Position numbers and translations under genes: made by a program. A DNA stretch of 64,000 nt from Cenococcum geophilum. Taxonomy: Eukaryota. Numbering within the stretch: position 1 is the stretch's first letter; each line of letters opens with the position of its first letter. Of the stretch, positions 13,351 through 24,232 are shown piece after piece. The DNA is taken from assembly GCA_050273025.1 (NCBI GenBank), contig CP158635.1:15252001-15316000 (forward strand), read 5' to 3'. The notes under the pieces are model-generated. The model ran no database searches. It was not told where the DNA came from and saw nothing but the letters and a program-made list of their open reading frames with translations.

Positions 13351-15699
13351 ACCTAGACCTTTCACCACACATGCAACCTTACTAAAAGGTAGCGCTGCAC
13401 TTCCAAACTTACGCATACCCATCTTACTATCAAAAACAATCGATTTTCCAACTCTCAAGACCCAATTCCTACTGCCTACTAAGCTAGAGGTGGATTTGTT
13501 TACCCTTTTACCCCCTTTATCCGAAGAGAAAATTCTTCTAAGGGTGGTCCTAGCTTATAAGTGAGGCAGGGGTAGGAATACGAAAACTATCAAACATAGA
13601 CTTTTCCTAGATTTTTCTTCTATAGAAAGTAAAAGCCTAATAAAATTAGGGGTGTAGGTACTTTTCTATATCTCTTTTAGTCAGATTTTCTTTAAAGAAG
13701 AGAAGGATTGCGTTTAGGGCTTTTCTACTAGTAAAAGCCTAACAAGTCCTTTTTTTTAGTAGTTTTTTCTACTTCTAATAGAAAAAGAAAATAACTATAC
13801 GAGTCTTTTTTAGCTAGTTTTTCTGCTACCTTTAACCCAATCTCCCTAGAAATCTTCTAGTAGGATTAGTAAGGAGAAAGGGCGTAAAAGGATAGTAAAA
13901 ACTAGCAAGGCTTTTTGCCTAGTTTTTTACCTTTAGGACTAGGAGATAAGAGACCTAAGGAGGTTATTATCTACTAAAAAAACTAGGAGACCCCCCCTAT
14001 AAGATACAAAATGCCAAGGCCTAATGGGTCTAAAAAAATACCTCCTATAGAAATAAGTGATAAAGGGTCTACATCTACCTTTTCTCCCCCTTCTCCTTCT
14101 CCTAGCCTATTTAGGACAGGAGAAAAAAGAGGACATCCTTAGTCTTCTCCTAAAAAAGAAAACTAAAAACCTATAAAAAAGACAATAAAACTAATAACTA
14201 CTACGGATAGAATACCTAGTATACCTTTTCCTCCCCTCTCTCCAGAACAACACCTATAAAAGGCTTTAGAAAGCCTACTCCAGGCCTATATAGGGCTAAA
14301 AAAAAGAAGAAGAAAAAGAAAAAGAACAAGTTAAAAGGATAGGGAACTATATACGGAGTATCTTAGTAAGAGGAGATCCCTTTACAAAAGAAGAAATAGA
14401 AAAAGATGTCCTAAAAGAACTAGTTGAAGAAGTAAGAGTTCTCCGTAAGGAGGTAGCCCCTACTAAAGAAACCTACGCAGAGAGGCTAAAGAAGGGCCTC
14501 CTTACTTCGTCCTCTTTACCCTTATCACTACCGTCTCCTACCCCCTCTACTTCTACTAAAAGTAAGAAAAAGCAGTTATAAGAAATAAAGCTAGTCCTAA
14601 TTATAGACCAAAAGGACCAACTTCTAAATACCTTCTCTATAAGAAATAAAGTCAATTAACTATTTTCATCGAAACTGCAAGTAGAAAAACCCGTTTTAGC
14701 ATCTATAGCTAGAACTAAAGGAAAATAAAATATCCTCCTCATAACTATAGAAGAGTATAATATAGATTTCTTAGTTAAGTATAAGGAGATCTAGCATAAC
14801 TGCTTTACCTTTTAAAGAGAACAAAAACTAGAACTATGGGTTTAAATTATAGCCAATGGGGTTCCTACCCTACCTTTCTTAAGAGAAGGAGGCTCTAAGC
14901 TTCTAAAGGAAGAAATTAAGACCTTTAATCCTATAAGGATATAAGGACTACCTAAATAGATCTTATTTAGTAAAAAAAGACATAATCCACAGACTAGATT
15001 TAGCTCTATAGTTTTTACTATAGAGAACGAAGAAAAAAGACAAGAAATTCTTAAATAAAAAGAGATATCAATTGCAGGTACAGCTACTAAGGTAGTAAAA
15101 TACCTAGAAGTCTCTCCTACTACGCAGTATACTAGCTGCCAAAAATTTGGCTATATAGGAGATAGGTGCTCTACCAGGGCCTGCAGATTCTATGCGGCTG
15201 TATATTTATCTAAAGACCACATCTGTCCTACCTGTATAATAATAGGCAAATCTTATAAGCATACTACTCCTCTTTGCATTAATTGTAAAGAAAAACACTT
15301 TACTAATAGTAAAGACTGCGAGACTCTTAAAGCAGCTAAACTAGTACGTAGTACTAGTGTAGAAAGTTCTATGGAAGAATAAAACAAATAATATCTTAGA
15401 AGGAGGCAACTCCTATTAGGCTCTTAAAAGGTTAATAGAGAGCAAAAGGATAGGGATAGGTGTTAGGATTTCTTATAGTTTTTCCTACCGTTTTTTTATT
15501 CCCTAGTAGTTGCAGTAACTTAGTTTACTAAGGAACTATAAACTCCTAGTTTAGGGGTTTATAAACTACTAGGATATAGCTATTAGTATATATTAAGCTA
15601 TATAGAAAGGATTCATATATATAGAACTATAGCGCCATAGCCTAGAGGCTGCATGCGCAGTATTATACGTAGTGTAATACAACGGATTTAAAAAAAAAA
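13351..15699 (+). mobile_element. LINE (Tad-like) element carrying only ORF1, with poly(A) tail and 13-bp TSD
   Basis: TSD AACTCCTTTAATA at 13338-13350 and 15700-15712. Poly(A) at about 15690-15700. ORF1 has zinc knuckles. No room for endonuclease/RT. Confidence 0.85.
14011..15382 (+). pseudogene. LINE ORF1 gag-like nucleic-acid-binding protein
   Basis: ATG at 14011. C-terminal de-RIP C.SCQKFGH.GDRC, CRFCAA.HLSKDHIC and CINCKEKHF.NSKDC knuckles. RIP stops and frameshifts. Confidence 0.8.
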
Positions 15700-16199
15700 A
15701 ACTCCTTTAATAGCGGCGGCGGGTTCTTACTTTTAGTAAAACGGGAGTGTACGGAATTATTACCGGTGTTAGTGGCGTTAAAATTGTAGTAGAGTTAGGC
15801 TAGTATAAGATCTAGCTATTAGAGCCTTTAAAGGCATCTTATAGCCTTTCTAATAGTATTAGAAAGCTTTTAGCGGGCCCTAATATAAAGAATGTATAAG
15901 CGCCGCAAATATTAAGAAATTTAAAGAAAGACTATTTTAAGAAATATTAAGTATAGTATATATACGCGGATAATAAGATTAGGTTAAGAATAGAATAGTG
16001 GTTAATATAGTACTAAAACATTTTTAGTATTAATAGTGCTAGTATTCCACCCTAGGCAAACGGCCCCTATGGCTATATTAAGAAAATATATACCAGCAGC
16101 AGCCACTAATAGATAGCCTAAATTAGTTTAATAAATAACTATACGTTAACCTATAGTGTAATAATAAAAAATTAATTTACTAAGCTACTATTTTATTTT

Positions 16200-16750
16200 A
16201 CCTAACTAATAAACCTTACCTTTTAGTTCTTTAAGGATAGCGGACTAAGTATCTTTAATAAGCTCTTTATATTCCTTAAGGCATTCTTTAGTAAATATAA
16301 TATTGCCTATAGACCTGTACTAGTGTTAGCTCTAGCCTATATAAGTACGCCTTTAATATACAACGTAATATCTATTATCTTTATTACGATAGTAGATATA
16401 TATATATTTAAAGTATATGTAAAGCTAAAGATATCCTGGCCTATATACTTAAATATAGCCTAGTTATAAGCACCTAATTAAGCCGCCTAACTAATCTGTT
16501 TATTAAGCTCTTTATAATACTTGCTATAACTTTATAAAGGGAGCTCTAGTGCTATAAATTTAGTATTTATTATAGTTAATATCTAAGCAAGCTTTTCTAA
16601 TGCCGTGTTAAGGGCTTTAAGCGGTTCTATAAGTTTAGGTATAGGGCTTTAACTTAGAAGGCCTCTAGCTATAAGATATAGCGATTGACTTAACTAAAAA
16701 GTAGATGTTACTAGGTCCGCTAAATTAGAAGTAGTTTTTATTAAACCTAT
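16200..16750 (-). pseudogene. HeLo-like/SesA-related fungal STAND N-terminal domain protein, RIPped
   Basis: De-RIP EL.EPLEALDTALEKL...ALELPL.SC.K.CKEL.KQI...DWA.FKY.GQDI.SF..TL..Y.STI resembles, from memory, the Helo_like_N family. Confidence 0.5.
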
Positions 16751-17254
16751 TATTTTATCGCTTGTTGTATATTAAGATAGGGTATAACTTACTAGATTTA
16801 CCGCATTAAGCTATATATATATATAAAGCACGCTCTTATCTTTAGTTATTGCATTATTTAGGCTAAACTGCCATAAGAATAAGTTATACTAAATATAGAG
16901 ATAGTAAGTATAGGAGCCGCGAGAATAGCTAGTAGGGTTAAGTAGGGTTATGGTATACATCGGCAAAATATGGTACCCTTTCAATGGCCTCAATGGCTGG
17001 TGGTTGACGCAATTGGCGCGCAGTTGAGGTCATTTAGCAACTCGACCGACTAGCCTATGTCGTGTTTTTTTGACACGCAGCCTGCGCGCAGCCTGCCAGT
17101 AATCTGCGCATTTGGCAACCATAATTATATTTACCTCTTTTATACTAATAGCATATTTTAAATAAATAAAAGCTATTTTAAAGCTATTTATAAGGCTAGC
17201 AAAATAAATAATATTATTTTAGATAATTTAATATAATATAGCGATGGTTCTCTT

Positions 17255-17535
17255 CTACCTATCTACCTATTGACTTACCTACCTGCCTATCTACCTACCT
17301 GCTTGCATCGCCTACCTATCTGCATTGCCTACCTATCTACATTACCTACCTGTCTGCATCGCCTACCTGTTTACATCTGCCTACCTGTCTATATCTGCCT
17401 ACCCGTCAGCATCTGCCTACCTGTCTGCATCTGCTTACCTATCTGCATCTGCTTACCTGTCTGTATCTGCCTACCTGTCTACATCTACCTACCCGTCAGC
17501 ATCTCCCTGTTTGTGCCTACCTGTCTGTGCTACCT
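17255..17535. repeat. Tandem array, about 18-bp unit CTACCTGTCTGCATCTGC
   Basis: Visible directly. Confidence 0.9.
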
Positions 17536-17569
17536 TAATTCGATCAATCGATCGAATCGTTTATAGTGT

Positions 17570-18085
17570 TCGCTGGCTAGTCGTTGTCGTCTGGCTCTGG
17601 CGACAGTCGTCTAGTTCTAGCGACGGTCGTCTGGCTCTAGCGACAGTCGTCTGGTTCTGGCGACGGTCGTCTGGTTCTGGTAACGGTCGTCTGGCTCTGG
17701 TAACGGTCGTCTGGTTCTGGCGACGGTCGTCTGGCTCTGGCGACGGTCGTCTGGTTTTGGCGACAGTCGTCTGACTCTGGAGACGGTCGTCTGGTTCTGG
17801 CGACGGTCGTCTGGCTCTAGCGACGGTCGTCTGGCTCTAGCGACGGTCGTCTGGCTCTGGCGACGGTCGTCTGGTTCTGGTAACGGTCGTCTGGTTCTGG
17901 CGACGGTCGTCTGGTTCTAGCGACAGTTGTCTGGCTCTGGCGATAGTCGTCTGGCTCTGACGACGGTCGTCTGGTTCTGGCGACGGTCGTCTGGCTCTGG
18001 CGACGGTCGTCTGGTTCTAGTAACGGTCGTCTGGTTCTGGCGACGGTGTTTAGTTCTAGCGATAGTCATCTAGTTCTAGCAACGG
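17570..18085. repeat. Tandem array, 20-bp unit CGACGGTCGTCTGG(C/T)TCTGG, about 25 copies
   Basis: Head-to-tail units with no spacers. Confidence 0.95.
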
Positions 18086-18214
18086 TCCTCTGCTGGCTGC
18101 CGTTCTAGTGCCTCCCTAGGTAGGGAGGATGTAAGGAAGGAAGGAAGGGTAAAAAATAAGGCGGCTACATAGGCAGAGACACGTGTAGACGCTATCGGGA
18201 ATATAGCGGGGACC

Positions 18215-18835
18215 CGATGCAGAGCTTCGTGTAGAGCCTCCGTACGCAGAGCTTCGCGCAGAGCCTTGTGCAGAGCCTCTGTACGTAGAGCTTCGTATAG
18301 AGCTTCGTATAGAGCTTCGTGTAGAGCTTCGTGTAGAGCCTCCGTATGCAGAGCTTCGCGCAGAGCCTCGTGCAGGGCTTCGTGTAGAGCCTCCGTACGC
18401 AGAGCTTCGCGCAGAGCCTCGTGCAGAGCTTCGTGCAGAGCTTCGTGCAGAGCCTCCGTACGCAGAGCTTCGCGCAGAGCCTCGTGCAGAGCTTCGTGCA
18501 GAGCTTCGTGCAGAGCCTCCGTACGCAGAGCCTCGCGCAGAGCCTCGTGCAGAGCCTCTGTACGTAGAGCTTCGTGCAGAGCTTCGTGCAGAGCCTCCGT
18601 ACCCAGAGCTTCGTGCAGAGCTTCGTGCAGAGCTTCGTGCAGAGCTTCGTGCAGAGCTTCGTGCAGAGCTTCGTGCAGAGCTTCGTGCAGAGCCTCCGTA
18701 CGCAGAGCTTCGCGCAGAGCCTCGTGCAGAGCCTCTGTACGTAGAGCTTCGTGTAGAGCTTCGTGTAGAGCTTCGTGTAGAGCTTCGTGTAGAGCTTCGT
18801 GTAGAGCTTCGTGTAGAGCCTTGTGCAGAGCCTCT
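18215..18835. repeat. Tandem array of 12-bp (GCAGAGCTTCGT) and 15-bp (GCAGAGCCTCCGTAC) units
   Basis: Visible directly, with higher-order alternation of the two units. Confidence 0.95.
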
Positions 18836-19382
18836 AAGTAATAAAACTGTGTAAAAATTCATTTGCGTAATTAGCATATAACTTTACCTTAATTGCATGT
18901 CAAGGAATATATAGTTAGCTTTTAAAGTTGTTAAATAGGTTAACTGCGTGTTAAGAAATATACAGTTAGCTATTAAGTAGGTCAACTGCGTGTTAAGGAA
19001 TATATAGTTAGCTTTTAAAGTTGTTAAATAGGTCAACTGCGTGTTATTTGACTTTTAGATGTGTTAAATTGGTTAATTGCGTGTTAAGTTGGTTAATTGC
19101 GTGTCGAGTTGGTCAAATTGCATGTCAATTACGCGAAACGCGAAAACCAAAGTCTACTTGAATCTCATCCTGCGAATATTTTCCCGATGTAGATCTATAC
19201 CTATTAAGAGTAAATAGGAATATATATATATAGCGTAAACAACATTCTATAGGCTAGATAATTAAAAGATAGAGCTATTTTAAGAATGCTATGGCTGTAG
19301 TATAAATGGACCTTCCATATACTACTAAGTTGTAATAATAATTAAGCAGCTCTAAAAAGCAATGCCGAAATAAAAAGTAGTA

Positions 19383-19808
19383 ACGTAGTCTGCGGGCAAG
19401 CTGCCCATGCGGGCATCCTGCCCAACCTCAAAACTTACCAAAAATTAAAAAATTCATACTTTAACATCTTAATAACCACTTAATAATAAATTCTAATAAT
19501 TTGGATTTAGACTTTTATATACGCTTTATAGCGTCTATTAAAGTTGTATAGTAATTAATTTTGTAGTTTTTAAGATATTATAATTTAGGGGCTAAAATAA
19601 AGCCAAATTCCTACGAATTCGTATATCTTAAAAACTACTAAACTAATTACTATGCAACTTTAATAGGAGCTGCAAAGCGTATATAAAAGTCTAAATCTAA
19701 ATTATTAGAATTTATTATTAAGTGGTTGTTAAGATGTTATAGTATAAATTTTGGTGAGTTTTGAGGTGGGCAGGATGCCCGCATGGGCAGCTTGCCCGCA
19801 GATTACGT
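19383..19808. mobile_element. Pogo/Fot1-type fold-back MITE
   Basis: TA|ACGTAGTCTGCGGGCAAGCTGCCC ... GGGCAGCTTGCCCGCAGATTACGT|TA. Almost fully palindromic. Confidence 0.9.
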
Positions 19809-20095
19809 TAGAAGAGTTTATAAAGACGTAGGTTATATAATTGTGTTCTTTAGGTATAGCTGCAGCGAAAACTTATTTAGTAAATATAAAGTAAAAAATA
19901 TGTTATAACTACCTATATACCGCACGAATAATTAAGAGCCCCTTTTATAGCCTATCCTAAGTTAGCCTAATTAGAAAGCCTACTAGGCGCTACTCTATTA
20001 TAGCTTAAGGCCAGTATATACTAAGGGTTTTACTACTCTCTATTATAAAAGGGTTTAAAGGTTATAAATTATACCAACTTAAAACCTAAATTAGT

Positions 20096-20449
20096 TGTAA
20101 CGGAATTCCCCAGAAGGTACATATCAGATGAGACAGAAGGAGGTCTCATCTATGTTCCAGAAGGAGGTCTCACCTATATTCCATCTACGTCCCAGAAGAC
20201 ACGGTCAGACAGATAAGGGGCAAAGGGTTTTACTGGCGTCTTAGAAAGATCATATAGGGAGCTGGTTCTCCTCTAGAGAAGAACCAGCGATTAGTCTCTG
20301 AATAGAAGTGGTCAGAAGCATTTGTCCTTCAATACGTGAAACTCATTCTACCTTTAACTTACCTTCTATTTACCTTCGACTTACCTTCTACTTACCGGTG
20401 ACACTGTCGATTAGATAATCATACGTTCCGGTCAGGCTGGCCTCTTACA
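20096..20449. mobile_element. Solo LTR, 354 bp
   Basis: TGTAA...TTACA ends, 5-bp TSD TTAGT at 20091-95 and 20450-54. Confidence 0.9.
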
Positions 20450-21519
20450 TTAGTACTCTTTACTAACGTAATACCTTAATAATAGTAAGGCGTAAGCCTA
20501 GGTATATAATTGCTATTACCTAAGTAATCTAGTTAGCTGTTCCCTTAATTTTAGTTATAAAGTGCCTTTTATTATTTTTTAAAAGATTAGAGGACATTAG
20601 TATTATAAGTAATACTATTCTTCTAACTTAGATAAATCGCTAGATAAACCGGCGTGGTCTAAATAGGCGTATTTAAATAAGAGAATCCTTATGTAAAACT
20701 ATTATATAGTAGAGCGTTATATAACTAAACGCCCCTTATAACTAGGCGTTCCCCTTTATTAATAGTTCTTTTAATCCACTTACAGGTTTCTTAAAACTGC
20801 ACAGTATATTAAAACCATTATCTCGCGTTATTTAAGTAGTGCATCTTAGCTTAATCGGCTATAATCTGAATTAACGCTTTAAGACGCTTTAAGAATGATA
20901 AGGAAAGGAAGGTCGTAGGCTATAATACTACGTTTTAATAGTTAAAGGTATAACAAATACTATTATACTAAGTTTAGACTTTCTTTATAACCTCAGGGCT
21001 AGCATTATAAATGGGATTATAGTAGTCTTAATAAGGGTCGTCTAGGCTAGTGACAAAACGACTAAACCAACGGCCGATAGCGGAAGGAAAAACCGCGAAA
21101 GTAGGATGCTTTAAGGTATTAAATAATAAATTTACTGTTACTAAAGTAAGAGACGTCTATAAGGAGATTATTTACACAATTAGTGTATTTATAAATCTCC
21201 TAAGTTAGGGAAACACGGCCACTTTAATATATTTTTTACCTTTTTTAGGTATAAATCTAGGCATTTTAATTAGCGTAATTAACACGCGCTTTTAACCGGA
21301 TGCGCTAGGGTAGTATATATACATATATACATTTTCGTAGCGTGCGCTTTAAAAGTCTCTTAAAGGACACGTTACTAATAAGTAAGGCTAGTTTAGGTGC
21401 CCGTAATAGGGCACCCAATACTTAATTAAATTTAGTTTAGTAGATAATAAACCCTAGTCTAAAGCGAGTAGCTGTAAAAAGCTAGCACTTAGTGTACTTA
21501 TGATATTAATAAGTACCTA

Positions 21520-21735
21520 TAAGTAGGAGTACCTATAATTATGGGGAACACCTATAATAGAAGGGAGTACTTTTAATAGTAAGGATTATGTATAATAATA
21601 AGGAGCACCTATAATAATAAGGAGTACCCGCGATAAAGGGGAGTACTTATAAGTAGTAGTGCCTATAGTAATAGGGAGCACCTATAATATTAAGGAGTAC
21701 TTATAATAGTAGGGAGTAACGGGGAGTGCCTATAG
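21520..21735. repeat. Degenerate ~21-bp tandem repeat (GGGAGTACCTATAATAATA-like)
   Basis: About 10 degenerate units, possibly a coding heptad repeat in a RIPped gene. Confidence 0.6.
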
Positions 21736-23567
21736 CGATATACCTTTAGCCGGTTTTCAGTGACAGTCTTTAGATAATTATCGTTTAGCTTATAGATTTC
21801 GCTTATAGATTTCGTAAAAAAGTATACTATTTAATTAGTATTTACATCGCTTTATTTTTATAAATTAGAAAATAGATACTTTAATTATAATATAACTCTT
21901 AGCTAAGTTATAGTAATTACTAGAGATCTTTGTAAGAGTCTTTACTATAATTAATTTTAGGCCATCCTAAGAAGAAATATCCCTTAAGATGCCCTACCTA
22001 AATCTATATTATACTAGTCCAGTCTTAGCCAATTACCTTAGTTATATCTCTTAGCTCGTAAAACCTCCTAGCTCGTAAAATAGTTCTCTACCTTTGTATA
22101 TTTAGTAGCGTAAGTTAGGCTAGCCTATAACTTATTGAGTCCTCTATAAAGAAAAGACTTATTACTTTTTAATCTAGATATTTTAGAGTTAGCCTTTATT
22201 AGCCTACCCTCTTTAACTTAGTTAAAATATATTTGCGTTTTCTTAACTAATATAGGATAGAACTTTTCCTATAAAGTAGTTAGTAGTCTATATAGTAATA
22301 GAGAGAAGAGGGCCTACTAGATTTTATAGGTTTAGAGGCTATAAAGGTTAATCTATAGATATATAGGTATAAAATCGACTATTACGCTATATTAGGATAT
22401 AGGAATCTACGTTATAGTCTCGCTTTAATCTATTAGCCTTTTGTAAAAAGGTCTCCTTTTACTTTTAAAATTTCTTATTTATAGCTCGCTTTAACCTTAG
22501 TAGTGACCTTTACTTTAAACAAATTACTATAATATTAGATAATTAATAGCCTATTAGCGTTTTATAGGGTAACTAGGATGCGAGTTAGCTCTAAATTGCA
22601 TATTAATAAGGCGGGAATGTTAAGAATAAATATAGAATCTACCCCTTAATATTAGCCTAAGTTTTAACTAAAAATAAGATCTTGTTTTAATAACTAGATC
22701 TAATTCTAAAAACTATATTTTAATTCTAAAGGCTATGTCCTAATTCTAGGTCCTAGACATACTAAATATAACTAAAAAGATATAGTATTAAGCGAATTGG
22801 ATTATTTTTAGTTTTAGCTTAAATTGCGATTTTAAAAACTAGACCTAATTTTAGAGACTAGATTCTGTTCTAGTTTTAGAATATAAGCCAATTAACTACT
22901 ATAAAAAGGACGCAATTTTAAAAACTGGATTTAGTTTTAGGAACAGGATCCAGTTTTTAGGAAATAGGTTAATTAACTGCTGTAAAAAGAGGTTACCTGT
23001 ATTTATATTTAGTAGGTTAGATTTAGCTCATTTTAGGATTAGCTGCACCTTACCTAGCGCCTTTAGTATTACTATATTAAAGCCTCGCTCTATTTAAGCC
23101 TTATATATTATAGAATAAACTAAAGTTAATAATTACAATTAGTTATAGACTAATAAATGCTGCCTATAGCTTTCTAATAATACTAAAATCCTATATACGT
23201 ACTACGTTTTAGCCTATATAACTAGAGACTACAAATAGTGTCCCCGTACTTTGGGTTATTATAGCTTAGTATTTAAATAAGCTCCGTAAAGCCTTAGTCT
23301 AAGCCACGTTAAATTGGCTTAACTTTTCCGCGTCTAATCTTTAATCCTCGCGTTTTACTTATATCTTGCTTCCTTCCTTATACTTTTCTTCCTTATTATA
23401 TCCTTATTTTAAGACGTGACCAATATGTTTTAATCTCCCTATGCTTATTTACTTCTTTACTATTATACTATCCGTTGTATCCTAGCCTCTTTAATATCCC
23501 CTCCTCGCCTACCTACCTACTTACTATATTAGCCCTCCTAATATAGCTCTTAGTGCGTTTACCTACA

Positions 23568-23763
23568 ATAGCGAATCTCTTTAGATTAGAGATAATTAAA
23601 ACGAAACCTATTAGGGAAGGGCTAGATAACTTCCGCGATTTATTTAACTTAACTTATTAGGATTTAGGCATCCCTAGCTCTTTAGACTTATTATATTAAA
23701 TAGGCGATAAGGGTATTTATTAATACGTATAGGGCTTAAAAATCTCGTTATTAACCTTACCCC
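23568..23763 (+). pseudogene. FunK1 fungal-type protein kinase, 5' part, cut by the Gypsy insertion
   Basis: De-RIP MAN..RSEII.TKPIGEGLDNFRDSFN...GLKNLVIDL continues after 40100. Confidence 0.65.
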
Positions 23764-24232
23764 TGCTACGGACGCTCTAAGTACAATATTACAACTACTG
23801 GGAAGAGAGTTAGAAGAAGCTAGTTAGTTAATTTAGGCACAGTCCAGGATGGAGCCGGTAGAGCTATATGACGAGGAATAGTAACTAAGGTTATATGATG
23901 TGATCTATATAATCTATAAGATCTATATAATCTATAATAGAGTAGATAGAGTATATATATATTATATATAAGAAGGATTTTATAGGAGTACGGTTGTGTA
24001 TTTAAGGACCCTTAGTCCCTACCTAGATAGTTCCTTCCTTATAGTAATTCTTAGAATATAATTAGAGTTAATCTATTAGGCAACTACTCCACCAGTTATT
24101 ATTACGTTGTTAACTTTAATTTGTATTACCTATACACCTAGTCTAATAATAAGCCTATTATAGTACCTACTATAAGGTTCTGTTATATAATTACTACCTA
24201 GTTACAGTATTAAATATAGAAAGTTAAATAAC

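Larger units (their letters stand above)
16958..19189. mobile_element. Non-autonomous TIR element (TA flanks) filled with tandem arrays
   Basis: Ends are CATCGGCAAAATAT and ATATTTTCCCGATG (14-bp TIR, one mismatch), with TA at 16956-57 and 19190-91. Inverted subterminal TGACACGCA / TGCGTGT(C/T)A motifs. No transposase. Confidence 0.75.

Noticed and set aside
17270..17774. ORFs of 98 and 149 aa
   Set aside because: Translations of tandem arrays, with no domain signal.
17570..18085. CRISPR-like regular repeat
   Set aside because: Units are head-to-tail with no unique spacers, no cas genes are present, and the context is eukaryotic.
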